From contig NC_043015.1 of the NCBI RefSeq assembly GCF_006345805.1, positions 53,072,001 to 53,136,000 of the forward strand: a DNA stretch of 64,000 nt, written 5' to 3'. Below the pieces are notes generated by a model that was not told the origin of the DNA, searched no databases, and was given only the letters and a program-made list of their open reading frames with translations. Source of the DNA: Octopus sinensis (taxonomy: Eukaryota). This document shows, piece by piece, positions 63,123 through 64,000 of the stretch (positions are counted from its first letter, which is position 1; every line of letters starts with the position of its first letter). Position numbers and translations under genes: made by a program.

Positions 63123-63379
63123 CAAGAGATAATATTTCAGTAGTGTGTATGCATTGTGTATGCTACATAGATGCCTATTTTAATAAAATGCTGCCTCACC
63201 TGCGAGAGCGCTACTTCTAAAATAGTTTAAAGCTAACCAAAACATTACGTGTGAAAATTGGTAGATGTTGGAACTGTGTGGGAAACCCATTGAAAAGACC
63301 ATTGCTTTCATAGGTGATAGAATTTAATGCGGCCGGTGCATTTCCATGTCATTCGTGACCGACGAGGGCCATTACACTT

Positions 63380-63410
<31 letters not shown>

Positions 63411-63413
63411 TAT

Positions 63414-63451
<38 letters not shown>

Positions 63452-63454
<3 letters not shown>

Positions 63455-63625
63455 GGAATTTGCAAAAACACAAAAGACGAAGACAGGTGTGTAAACAAGA
63501 AAATGGTTTTTATTAGTTTAACGCTCGGGGAAGGTGAGAAAGGTCTTTTACGTTTCGAGCCTACGCTCTTCAACAGAAAGGAACACAAAAAATAAACAGA
63601 GAGAATAAAAAAGAAGCTTTAGTAG
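63452..63625 (-). mobile_element. Short PLE-like repeat with a hammerhead variant, between (TA)n tracts
   Basis: Minus 63545-63580: CUUU-CUGUUGA-A-GAGC(GUAG)GCUC-GAAAC-GUA-AAAG. Confidence 0.65.
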
Positions 63626-63674
<49 letters not shown>

Positions 63675-63789
63675 TATATGTATGTATGTGTGTGTGTGTG
63701 TGTTTGTGTATAAATACATATATATACATACATACATACAAATATATATATCTTTGTGTGTATGTATATATATGTATATATATATATGT

Positions 63790-63822
<33 letters not shown>

Positions 63823-64000
63823 GTGTATGTGAACGCTGTTGTTGTCAGTCCTCTTTAATGCCTGTTAATGTCAGATGCAGACGAGTGGATGTGGAATATT
63901 CACAGATGTGGCGCCGTCTATAATTCGAAAGAAATATGGGGTTCTAAGAATGAAACAAACATTTCAATTTTAGAATACTTTCGCTTCTGGTGTTGTTGTT

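Overview
Animal genomic DNA with no confidently identifiable host protein-coding gene. It is probably intronic or intergenic octopus (coleoid cephalopod) sequence, inferred from the tRNA-derived SINE families and the extreme microsatellite density. Almost all ORFs in the track are microsatellite translations. Real content: four tRNA-headed SINE families; decayed LINE fragments (Tx1/L1, CR1, R4/Dong, RTE); a Penelope-like element (PLE) relic; non-autonomous Helitrons, including two composite units holding piggyBac pieces; hAT and Tc1/mariner MITEs; several fold-back palindromes; and one intron-containing tRNA-Met(CAT) gene. The best candidate for an undescribed system is a Pol III tRNA-headed SINE (3 copies) carrying a minimal type I hammerhead ribozyme, with Penelope-style inverted end fragments. 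It occurs alongside several other hammerhead-bearing short repeats and a PLE relic. A second notable signal is that the 3' tail of the most abundant SINE matches the 3' ends of the local Tx1 LINEs. All calls were made by eye, so boundaries of degenerate elements are approximate and novelty has not been checked against any database.
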